A stretch of DNA of 64,000 nt, from contig NIVC01000023.1 of the NCBI GenBank assembly GCA_002269645.1, positions 1,426,001-1,490,000 on the forward strand. The letters run 5' to 3'. The translations under genes were made by a program, and so were the position numbers. Position 1 is the first letter of the stretch, and each line of letters begins with the position of its first letter. This document shows positions 48,140 to 58,642 of the stretch, piece after piece. Below the pieces are notes generated by a model. That model was not told where the DNA came from. It made no database searches and saw only the letters and a program-made list of their open reading frames with translations. Source of the DNA: Macrostomum lignano (lineage: Eukaryota).

Positions 48140-50237
48140 TCAGGCGACTCCGCCACCGTCAATACCGCCGCCGCCTCCGCACAGTGTCTGCAACCGACTG
48201 AGCTCAATGCTGACCGAGTGCTGCGCCGCTAAAGCCACTTGAATTGCTCGCCGTTTCGCTTCCACCTGAGTCTGAAACTGAGCCTGCGCTTCGCTCGACG
48301 CAGTTCGCTGCTCAACCAGCCGGCGAATTTCTTCCTGCTGACGCTCCAGCTTGTCGCGCGCCTCCGCCTCGGCGCGGCGCAGCTGACGCTCCTTGTCAAC
48401 TTCAGCGGCTTGTTGGACTGTCAGGTCCTTCAGCTCGGAGTTCAGCTGTTCAAGCGACGATTCCAGACTGCGCATTCTGAAGGCGATCATGTCTAATTGG
48501 CTGTACCATTGCTTAGTGCCTAAGTCTGTTCGAGACTGCTGCTGCTGGTACTCTTTCTGTTGCTGATGCTGCGGCTGTGACTGTGACTGCTGCTGCAGTG
48601 GACACCCATTTACCAAGTCCTGCGAATGTTTGTGCGAGTAGAGTGGTCTTGGGAGTTGGTACTCTCGGGTAGGAATCGAACATCCCACCAGGGATTTCTG
48701 TGCATTTGGCCAAAAATAAACTCGGCTGCCGCACGGAAACGAACTCGCAGGGTTTATCGGGAGGGTAGAATCGGATGCGTTGCCATTGGGCTGCTCTAAT
48801 ATCTCATAAAAAGCATGCATCAGGAGAGAGCAGAGGTCGATGTATCAGTAAAGGGCAGAGGTCGATGCATCAGGAGAGGGCAGAGGTTGATGTATCAGGA
48901 GAGAGCAGAGGTTGATGTATCAGTAAAGGGCAGAGGTTGATGCATCAGGAGAGAGCAGAGGTTGATGTATCAGTAAAGGGCAGAGTTTGATGCATCAGGA
49001 GAGAGCGGTGGTTGATGCATCAGGAGGTAGCAGCAGAGGTGTAGCAGCAAAAACAGTAAGCCACGTTTCAACTATTTACTCGTACCTCGAAACCTTTCTG
49101 TTTAACGAGCAGCCGTTGACCGGCTGATGACTTTAGCGAGTTGTTGGCTTCAGAAATGAGAGGTGCTGGAATCTCATGGTCGTCAAATCCAGAGTTTGCT
49201 ACCGTCGCTACAGCCAGACTTGATTCGGCAAATTTTATCACCTCCAGTTTGAGCAGATAGTCGGGTTGTTGAGATTGCACGGCGACTCCACAGACAGAAC
49301 AGACGGCTGATGAGGCGTCGGATGTGGTTGCGATTAACTCCGAGCAGCGACCGCAGACTATGTGACCGCACGGCTCTAGGCGGATTGGGTGACGCTGGCT
49401 GCTAAGCATGAGACGACCGCAGGCTCTGGAAATTAAAGACAATATGAAAACAGTCAATTTTCGAGAAGGAAATATGGCTAGTGGGGGGTGTTCAGGAAGC
49501 ACTAGATTTGCGACACTATGCTTGGATAACGAATATTATGGTTTAATAATAAATTTCACCTGCCCTAATGGACAAATGTGCAACCGACAGCTCATCCGGT
49601 TAAGCCGGTTAAGCTTTCCAGTCGTGAGTTCGATAAGTCCGATGCTCGAACCACTAGGCTACGCACTCGACGTATCTGGTCGACTGCCTTCCCTCTGTTC
49701 TCATTTTTAAGGAGCTTCTTTGATTTTAGCTTCAACAAAGCGACATTGGTTGCCTTTGAAAACCCCACTGATGACATACTGATAGCACATACAATAACAC
49801 ACTGATGATCTGCTGTGGTTAAAGGTTCAGGCACGCACACGCAGAATGTACAACGGAATGACTATTACTTTCTTACGTACGCATTCTTTTGCCTTCGGGG
49901 TTGGCTTCATGGGTGAGAATAGCTCGATCGAGCCCCAGGCTTTACTCCATTATGCTTGTAAATGGAGTAAGTTGGATTGCAGAAACTAAAATTTAAAAAT
50001 ACTTATGATAGCTTACCTGCAGAAGTGGCTTGCCGGTCGTTGGCTAACGGAGTTCTTGCTCAATAGCTGCGGTGGTTGCGCTAATCCTGCGCCTGAACCG
50101 TTGGTAAATTTGCCTGCCGCCGGAGAGCTACCCCCTCCGGCTTTGACATTGCGTTGCTGCTGCTCATCTCTGCTCACTTGGCTCGTCCGATGACGTCTGT
50201 GACTACTGGAATAACGCTGGTGCACTGTTGAGGACAT
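48140..50237 (-). CDS. C3HC4 RING-finger + coiled-coil protein; exons 50017-50237, ~49085-49425, 48140-~48790
   Basis: The phase-2 splice TGC AG|A GCC TGC completes C-R-A-C-x16-CGH-x2-CGRC-x14-CSVC. The last exon has a long E/Q/R-rich coiled coil. The exon 2/3 junction is approximate. Confidence 0.75.
48816..49030. repeat. 25-bp alternating (50-bp dimer) minisatellite in RING gene intron
   Basis: GCATCAGGAGAGAGCAGAGGTTGAT alternates with GTATCAGTAAAGGGCAGAGGTTGAT. Confidence 0.88.
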
Positions 50238-50649
50238 GACACACAACGACGTAACTTTCTATATATCCTATATAGCATCTATATTGAAGAATGATATCGC
50301 TTAAAAAGTACGAATCAATAGATTAGAAACGTAGACAGATATACAAGCACTTCGTCGAGTCAAAAAAATCGTTTTCTATAAAGCAGCTGTGCCATAGAGT
50401 TTAGTGAGGTTAGTGTCTGTTTACTTGTGCAAGGTTACTTACTATACATATGCATTAGGCCTATGCATTTAGAAAGAAACACTTACTGGATTAAATAGAC
50501 TAAAAGAACACATATTTCAGACTAAACAGCAGAATGAGCTAAGAAGCAAGTATTTCAATGTAAACTCGGCAAACCCAGAAGCGTACTCAGGGGTTTTAAT
50601 GGGATTGAGTTTCAGCCATCAGGAGCGTCAATATTTGTGCCTTGCTGGC

Positions 50650-51022
50650 CGTCCCTGTCTCTTGGTGGGCGCGCCCTGTCTCTTGGTATGCACCCCTGTC
50701 TCTTGGTGGGCGCCCCTGTCTCTTTGTGGGCGCCCCTGTCTCTTCGTGGGCGACCCTGTCTCTTCGTGGGCGACCCTGTCTCTTTGTGGGCGCCCCTGTC
50801 TCTTTGTGGGCGACCCTGTCTCTTGGTGGGCGCCCCTGTCTCTTGGTGGGCGCCCCTGTCTCTTGGTATGCGCCCCTGTCTCTTGGTGGGCGCCCCTGTC
50901 TCTTGGTGGGCGCCCCTGTCTCTTGGTGGGCGCCCCTGTCTCTTTGTTGGCGACCCTGTCTCTTGGTGGGCGCCCCTGTCTCTTGGTATGCGCCCCTGTC
51001 TCTTGGTGGGCGCCCCTGTCTC
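50650..51022. repeat. 20-bp minisatellite (GCGCCCCTGTCTCTTGGTGG)n
   Basis: Directly visible. Confidence 0.95.
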
Positions 51023-51223
51023 TGAGTCCCGAACACAGCTGATAGCACACTGATGAGGTGATGGTTCAGCTGATAGCAACGCTATGAATTGCACAATTCA
51101 ATTAAATGACGACAAACGATAACTTTTAAATGAACAGTTGAACTTCGTTAATAACAAATTATAAAACCTTTCTGATTTTATTACTGCAAGTAGCACATTT
51201 AGAAAATCAAAAAATCGTCCAAA

Positions 51224-52886
51224 TCAAACCGATCCAAACCAGACTTCGCGAAATATTTGCTTAGTAGTCTTCTTTTTTCTTGATTCGAGATTTGGCCACT
51301 CCGAGAAGTCTTTGAGGCTAACGGGATGATAGTACTCGGTGTCCGTGCTAGGCTCGGCAAACATCAAGACGTAGCGGTCGCGTGGCGACTTGTAGTACTT
51401 TGCCAGCAGCCTGCGTCTCCGCTCGGTCATGGAGAAGGGCTCGGTTCTGGATAGATTTTTTGTGTTGCAATAATGCTACTGTGAGTAGGAGTCTTCGATA
51501 ATATTTGTTATTTGTTACTCTTGGAACATTTGTGTCACGATCTTGGGTCATTTCTGGCACTCTTGGGTCATTCTGTCACTCTGGAGTCCGTTCTGTCACT
51601 CTTGAGTCATTTCTGGCACTCCTGGGTCATTCTGTCACTCTGGAGCTATTTCTGTCACTCTTAGGTCATTTCTAGCACTCTTGGGTCATTCTGTCACTCT
51701 GGAGCCATTTCTGTCACTCTTGGGCCACTTCCATCACTCTGGAGCCATTTCTGTCACTCTTGGGCGATTTCTGTCACTGTTGGGGAATTTCTGTCACTAT
51801 TGGATCGATTCTGTCACTCTTGGGACACTTCCATCACTCTGGAGCCATGTCTGTCACTTTTGGGCGATTTCTGTCAATTTTTGGCCATTTATTTTTTTCT
51901 TGTGCCATTTCTGTCACTCTTGAGCAATTTTAGTCCCTCTTGGGCCATTTCTGCCACTCTTGGGTCATTTCTAGCCAGTCACTCTTGGGCTATTTCTATC
52001 ACTATTAAAAATTAGTTAGCGCCTTTGGGTCTTTTGCCTCACCATATCTGAAATTATTTTCGCATCTAGAATAATTCTGTAATTGTTTCGCATTATTATC
52101 ACATTTCACAATTATCTCTGCCTCCCAATTGCATGACACATAAGCACTACTCACCTGTCGAAAACATAATAGCTGACAATTTTCCCCCAGCTGATCAAGA
52201 AGGCAGCCACTAATCGCACGTGAATCTTGCCTTTAATTGTCAGCCACTGACCATAGCGATGGTTGTAAATCTCTTTTAGCTTGTCGGCATCCGCAAATGA
52301 CATCATGCAAAGCGACTGATGGCTGCAAACCGAGCCTAATGGAGACTTTTGCTGCTTCTTGTCCATGCTAACTGGCTTCTGTTCTGTAAATTGGATTGCA
52401 GTTGCAGTATTTTTTGCGGCCGTTTTTTAATTTGTAATTAATATGATGGGTTTCGACCTTCGGGTCCCTTGTTAGGAAAGCCTTCGGGCCTCAGGTCTCA
52501 GAAACAAATCACTTAGAGCCCTGGCCCCCCACTCCTGTCAGATGGTCAGCCCCATGGTAGCTTGATCGTGTGGCGAGCAGTCTAGGTCCTATAGCTAAGA
52601 GAGGGACAGCGAGAGACAAGCAGGGAGAATTTTGAAGGTAGAAATTAGCTAATCCGCAGACTAAGCTAACTCGCTGCCACCAGCCCGTGCGTCCTGGCTC
52701 ACCACACCGGGACTCTAAAAATCGGGCTTCCGACTAGAAGGGGCTTTGCGCTTACCTGCCAACTAGTGTCTTTTTGCTGTCAATCTCGAAGTCATAGCCG
52801 ATGATAAGGGACACTGCTGGGACTAGATCGCATTGGCCATGCAGGTACAGAGGGGACTTGTGCAGGGGATTCTTGCAGTGGCGAGT
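51224..52886 (-). CDS. Unrecognised multi-exon protein; exons ~52756-52886, 52155-~52367, 51224-51446
   Basis: Strong donors (AG|GTAAG at 52755, AG|GTGAG at 52154) and acceptor CCAG at 51447 with a matching phase-2 join (YVFDR|TEPF). The peptides are complex and non-repetitive. The 5' structure is unresolved. Confidence 0.5.
51535..51995. repeat. 20-bp minisatellite (TTCTGTCACTCTTGGGCCAT)n, intronic
   Basis: Directly visible; lies inside intron 51447..52154. Confidence 0.9.
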
Positions 52887-53714
52887 CTATGGAGTAGCTA
52901 CATGTACTATTACATTGCTAAATACGAAGATATGTACTTTTGGCCTTCAACGCGCCAACTAGCCTCTCATAGCGCTGATGATAGACTAACTCGAACTTCA
53001 GAGACCTCGCATGATTCATTACCCGAGCCGCTTGGCTAACCTAGAGTGCACAAAGTACATCTCTGGCGCCGATTCTGCACTTCTGGCAGTTTTGCTCACT
53101 GATTTGATTGATTGATCGACTGAGAACCGCCTTGCCATTGGTCCACTGTGACCGGCGCCTACTAGCTTAGCTACTCATCTGAGCCGTCGGCGAACAAAGA
53201 ACTAAAACCGATAAAAATAACTGTCAGATTTAGCCTTCTCCTTAAATCACTTCACACCTCAGATTGAATTGGAGTTTCAGACTACTAGCAGTATTATTAA
53301 GTGATTTCTGCCTCAGCAACAGCACTACTGAACAAAATGAGCAAAAGTGTGCGCCTAATCCAGCTACTGAAACAGGGGACAGACAGGGAATCACCCAATC
53401 AAGCAAGTCTAGGTAGCCTCTCACCCAACCAATCAGAAACTCAACAGCCGGAGACCAGGTAATCCACAGTGACCGAATCGGCTTGATGCTCTGTAGCTGT
53501 AGACTCGGGATGATGCTGACACAATCTTCGCTGATAGCTAGCAGGTGATGATCTTCGCTTGATGTTCGCTGCTGACGACCGGGGGATTCGTCCTTGATGA
53601 TGATGGGGGGAAGTCGCAATCCGGGGATCAAGAAACGACGGTCGCGCTCCGGGAACCAGAAGTTGCGTGCTGGACCCGAGCAAGAGTTGCGTCCGAGCGG
53701 GCCAAAAACTCCGG

Positions 53715-53847
53715 TTTAAATAGCCGCCAACTGGACCGCAGTTTGTTATAATGGAACACGTCGATTCTGATTGGCTGAGCCGTTTTGTTAAAATGAGCGC
53801 CGAATTTTCTGATTGGCTAAGCTTGTTGCTACCCAGAATCACGTGAC
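53715..53847 (-). promoter_or_regulatory. Pol II promoter-like module: E-box, two CCAAT boxes, TATA-like box
   Basis: GTCACGTGA at 53839-53847; (T)CAGCCAATCAG / TTAGCCAATCAG at 53767-53778 and 53809-53820 (42 bp apart); TATTTAAA at 53715-53722. Confidence 0.55.
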
Positions 53848-56650
53848 CGAGAGATCCTATCAGTTCCCACAGGGTCGTAAAAAGATGACAGGTGCGGCCA
53901 TAAATCACTCAAAATCGCAACAAAATGATTTATGACTTTTCGCGTAGGATTGACAGAAATTAATGAAAAAATATACATTAGAAAGCTCTTATTAAATAGA
54001 AAGTGAAGATAATGAAGAGAAATTGCTAATCGCTAATCCCAAGGTACTCTTAGGGGTAAAACGCATAGCTGTCAAAGCTGTCACACGCTTGAGTGAATCC
54101 GAACAATAGGCTCTGACCTCATAAATCTTGATGGCCTGTCAAAATTAGGAGAGAAAAAGCTACCGCCCGCATCCTCTCAGACCATCTGGCGCCCGTCTCA
54201 ACACTGAGTGAGGCGCAGGTGGCTGTCAGACCAGCTTCGAAAGCGATGATTTATGACCCAAAAAGCAATGCCTATGTTATTATGACTACTAGTATGGCCA
54301 GACATTATATCTAGTATAGATTCTATGACAATTTGCAGAAAAAAGATAAAAATGCCCCTTGCCCACTGTTAGTAGGCAAGTAAGTTTAGAGCCCATGTGC
54401 TAGCGCGGGATTTGAGAAAAAGTGCGTCCTCATCAAATATATGCCTTCATATGTCTTCTCTCTTCTCATTGGCTAAGCCGTGCAATCAATAAATGTTCCT
54501 CCTGCCCTCAGCTCTTCCCTCATTGGCTGAACCGACGCACTCAATAAAATTTTTCTCCTACCCTCGGCTCTTCCCTCATTGGCTGAGCCGTGCACCCAAT
54601 CAAATGTTCCTCCCGCCCTCGGCTGTTTTCCTCCTGCCCTCGGCCGTGCGCCGAAAAAATTCTTCATTCCTTTTAACTCTACACTGATTTGATAAAAATC
54701 TAATAAGATCGGGGGAAATAGAAAATTTCTCATAATGTTTTATCAAATTCACTTTAGGATGGACGCACTATGCATATGGGCGAAAAAAAAGAAATTTAAT
54801 AAACAGTAAAGCTATACCCTCTAAAGCAGCTAAACACGATCTGATCAGACATTGCAACAAATAGTTCAAAAGGATAGGACCTACCTTGAAAACTTCTTTT
54901 TTCAAGCAAGACGTGTATATCTGTTTAAAAAGTGTTAAAAAGTTAATATAGCGACGCAGAGAAACTGTGCGGCCGTCGGAGAAGGCAAAAGAATGCAGAT
55001 CTCTTTATATGGAGCTAGTGTAAACTCTCTCTTCCATTTTATCTACAATAGGTTGTCTTAAAGAAGCAGGTTTCAGGGGGTAGAGGTGGTCAAACAACGA
55101 TATTTCTGTCTATCTAAAGCATTGTGCATTTTTCTTAGATTCACAGAAGGGTGTGGCTTCGAGAGGCTTGTGTGCAGGCAAACAATGCAAAAGAAGTCTG
55201 TGCATTAAATACCACCATACCTATCAACTATAGCTCGATTATACTGGAACTAGAAGTAGACTTTCACATTTTTTCAAGCGCTTAAAAATTCATTTATAGC
55301 GAAATAATGACTTGCGGTAGCCATACTACTCGATGAGTAGAGCCTGTAGGGAAATTTTGAACCCACACGGCAATGGACAACTGAAGTAGAAATTAGATGC
55401 TACTCTCGACTTTCTTAGAAAAAAGCTGGAAGCCGGTAAGAAACGTACAGTTGTAGTGAGCCGCTTGTTAGGCGTCCCACTGTAGAGAGTTATTACACAA
55501 TACCGTAATGCTCTACTTAAAGTAATATTCTAGGAAAGTCAATTTATTCTAGAATGAGTCATATCTATTTTAGGAATCACGCGCAAACAGAATGATTTAG
55601 AACCCTACATTGTTTGATCAAGGAACCGGATTCCAACAGCTTTATTTGCTTAACCCCATATATGGCAATGCTCAAACATGCATGACCGCTAAATCAAACA
55701 TTTATGACCTAAGTAAATACCCAATCCCAAACCGGTTTTTCTCCAAAATTTTGCTGTAAATATAAGTTAAAATTCGAGTCAAAAATTTAGACTCAGAGCG
55801 GTCTCTAAGAAGGCTCTGAAGGAACAAGAAGAAGACCAATCTCTGAGGAACCACACTTTTTGAGAAACAACGCGTTTACCGGATTCAGTTCATTGATTGT
55901 TAGCGTAAATAAGTTGATTAATTGAATTATAATCAAATTAAAATTAATATTAATTAATTTAATTAGAATTATAATAATTAATATTATTATAATTATAATT
56001 GAATTAACTGCTCGTTCATTGTCGATACATTTGAGAAAGGCCTCCTTGTTTCCTAGCCCTAGGATACATTCCTAGAGGATTTATTGATTCAATTGAGTTA
56101 TCCGTTACGTTTCGGACGTAACGAAGAAGCCGCCCTTCAGAAGGATCTATCACAAACTTAGAGGATTCAATTGTTCATTAGGGCGCACGTTCTACTGTTA
56201 ATTCCGAGCTCGAGGACCGTCAAGAAGTTCTGATTCGCTCTCGCTTTTGGTCGACCCACAGATAAAAGTCAAGGACTCCCGGAGGTACCGAGTCACCTAA
56301 GCCAAACCGAGATGTCTACAAGCCACTAAAGGATCCGCTGCAGTAAGAGTTATTTGATTTTGCATATACCTAGGCACTTGTTCCCCAGTGTCTAGAAGTG
56401 GGAGTTTTCGAGTGACTGATCACCACTCTTAAACTCTTCACCACTATTGTCAGCAGTTTCCCTTGCCCTCGCCTTGGGTTGCTGTCTGCTGCTGGGCAGT
56501 TGCCCTAACCTTCTGGTCTACCTGGTCTACCCGCCTTGCTCTGCGCTCGATAGTTTGCAGCCACGGGCATCTCTGCTGTGGTCTGCTCTTCGTTCGCTCC
56601 ATTTCAGAGGTCGCGGGTGGTGGCCTGCTTTTCCCTTGTCACTTGAGCTA

Positions 56651-56855
56651 GTCACATGACAAGCCTTGTTTTCTTGGAGTCCAAAAGAGCAGTAACTATT
56701 TTTACTGCTTTATTTGGCTCGTGTTTTATGAAGAAATCACGTGCCCCGGGACCCCTGCCTTCTTTAAAACAAGAGATGACGTCAGTTTCTAAAAATAGAT
56801 ACTGAGTCACATGATTTTGCACACAATGACGAAAGGGGGATTCCCAGCCTATAAG
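56651..56855 (+). promoter_or_regulatory. Dense enhancer/promoter-like cluster (probable LTR U3)
   Basis: GTCACATGAC 56651, CACGTG 56738, TGACGTCA 56777, TGAGTCA 56803, GTCACATGA 56806, GGGGATTCCC 56836, CTATAAG 56849. Confidence 0.45.
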
Positions 56856-57129
56856 CACGGCTCTCTCACCCTTGTTTCCGTCAAGGATTTTCTTTTCATC
56901 TTTTCCCGTCCCCCAGTTCTCTGTTTCTGAGTTTTCGAGTTTCCCAGTTCTCAGCCATTTCTAAGTGTCTGAACCTGAGCCTGACTGAATACCCAATTAA
57001 CTTAGACGCCCAACGCCGAACGGAGGCTAACACCGTCCTCCCAACCCCACTCAACCCGACAGGATCTGCTGACCAGTCCGCCTCGTTCGTTATCCTGCAA
57101 ATCTGCACGCAGTGCTGAGTTCTCTGACT

Positions 57130-57543
57130 TGTTTATTTCGTTCCGACGGAAGCTCACCTTACTGAAGGCAAAGACTCCGAGGTAACTGCAGCAACTCACG
57201 GCCGACTGTCCGTTCAAGGACCTGACGATCGAGATGGTGCGAGACCAGCGTATCGAAAAGACCTGTGTGCCCCGCATTGGAGATCGACTGCCGATGGAGT
57301 CTGACGACCTGACACTGGAAAAATCCCTTAAACTAGCCATCCAAATCGAGACTGCCATCACGGAAGCCAAAACCATCGCTGATGCTCCAGCGCGTCCTAC
57401 AGTTAGAAAAGCTCGGTGCAGGCCGTCACCAAGCCCAAGGCGGAGCAAGACCGTGGCAACTGTCAGCGAAGGCCCCAGCACCGTCCTCCACATCAGGGAC
57501 CAGGAAACGATGCCAGAAAACGACATCAAGTGCGTCATCAGCG
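57130..57543 (+). mobile_element. Ty3/Gypsy gag fragment (decayed)
   Basis: [26 protein letters not shown]...[16 protein letters not shown] is a typical Gypsy (K02A2.6-like) gag segment. It ends at protease-start-like KCVISV. Confidence 0.75.
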
Positions 57544-58628
57544 TTGACTTGACTTGACTTAGCTGCAGGGGGCTCCGTGCATCCAGATGCAGCGAGGAGG
57601 CGTTGCCGCCCATTTCGCTAACCCCTGGCGACCACGGGCAGCTGGTGCTGCGGTGTCGTGCAGGGAGATCCGGCCGGTGTCCGCAGCGCGGTCCCCCTCC
57701 GGAGAGTCCAGGAGGTGGTTGGTCGCTCGCCCGGTAGCCCTTAGGTAGTGGAGGAGCTGGCAGAGTTTCTCGAACCTGAAAACGTCTGAGAGGTCCGGGT
57801 TCGGGCCGAGGTAGGTGAGCCTGTCCTGGGTAAAGGCAGGGCATTCACAGATAAAATGCTCCGCATTCTCGACACCGAAGAGGCAGAATGGGCATTCCTC
57901 ACTACGGAATTTTCCCTGGAGGTGACGATGCCTGGCAAAACAGCCATGACTCGAGAGGACCATGGTCACCGCCCTGATGTCCCTGCGGTTGAATCCAAGC
58001 AGGCCCCTGCGCAGGGCGGATGAAGGAAAGGACAGCCGCGCGGGATTGCCGGCGTTAGCCCACCTCTCCGCAGGAGCTTATGGCGAGAACTTTGTTTTGG
58101 AAAACGGTGGAGCAGGTGCCGGTGTGCAGGTCGCCACGGTTCTCCCTCTAGATACGATACAGTAGCCGTAGCCAGTGGCGGAATTGATTAGGGACCCGTC
58201 AATGAAGCAGTGGATTTCATGGGGTTTCCAGTTGTCTCTTGCTTCATGACGTGGTGGAATGCTGGTTTTGAATTTGAGCGGAGGGCAGAGCTTGAACGGG
58301 ATTCCGTCCGAGAGGGTCAGCAGGCCTTCCGCTGCTTCCAGGTTTCGCAGGCTGAGGTCGCCGTGTGGCCGGAGGTTCCCCTTTCTGAAGGAAAACTGCT
58401 TCTGATGGGGACACCCGCGTCAAACAGACAGCGGGTGGTCTTCATTGCCTCCCCTCTGACAAAGAGGTCAAGTGGGGAATGTCCAGGAAGAAGCTCATGC
58501 CAGCAAAGGGCGTAGAGGGAGTCGCGTTCATGATAGCTCGTGATGGCGGTAACATCGTCCACATAGCCAACCTTTTGAACCAGGTCCGGATGCAGGCTGC
58601 AAAACAGCTCGTCCATGACCATTAACCA
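57544..58628 (-). mobile_element. 5'-truncated, internally deleted LINE (RT/RNase H/CCHC), same group as 1709..7088 but a different family
   Basis: WLMVMDEL..VGYVDDV; IHCFIDGS; [25 protein letters not shown]; (AGTCA)n tail at 57544..57561. Confidence 0.85.
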
Positions 58629-58642
58629 GCAACGCTTCCGGT

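Noticed and set aside
49561-49840. Extra exon in the RING gene intron (donor GGGCAG|GTGAA)
   Set aside because: The frame needed for the phase-2 join contains a stop just before the donor, and the RING is already completed by exon 50017.
50596-51094. Six overlapping ORFs (ETGAPTKRQG etc.)
   Set aside because: All frames are open only because the 20-bp unit lacks stops.
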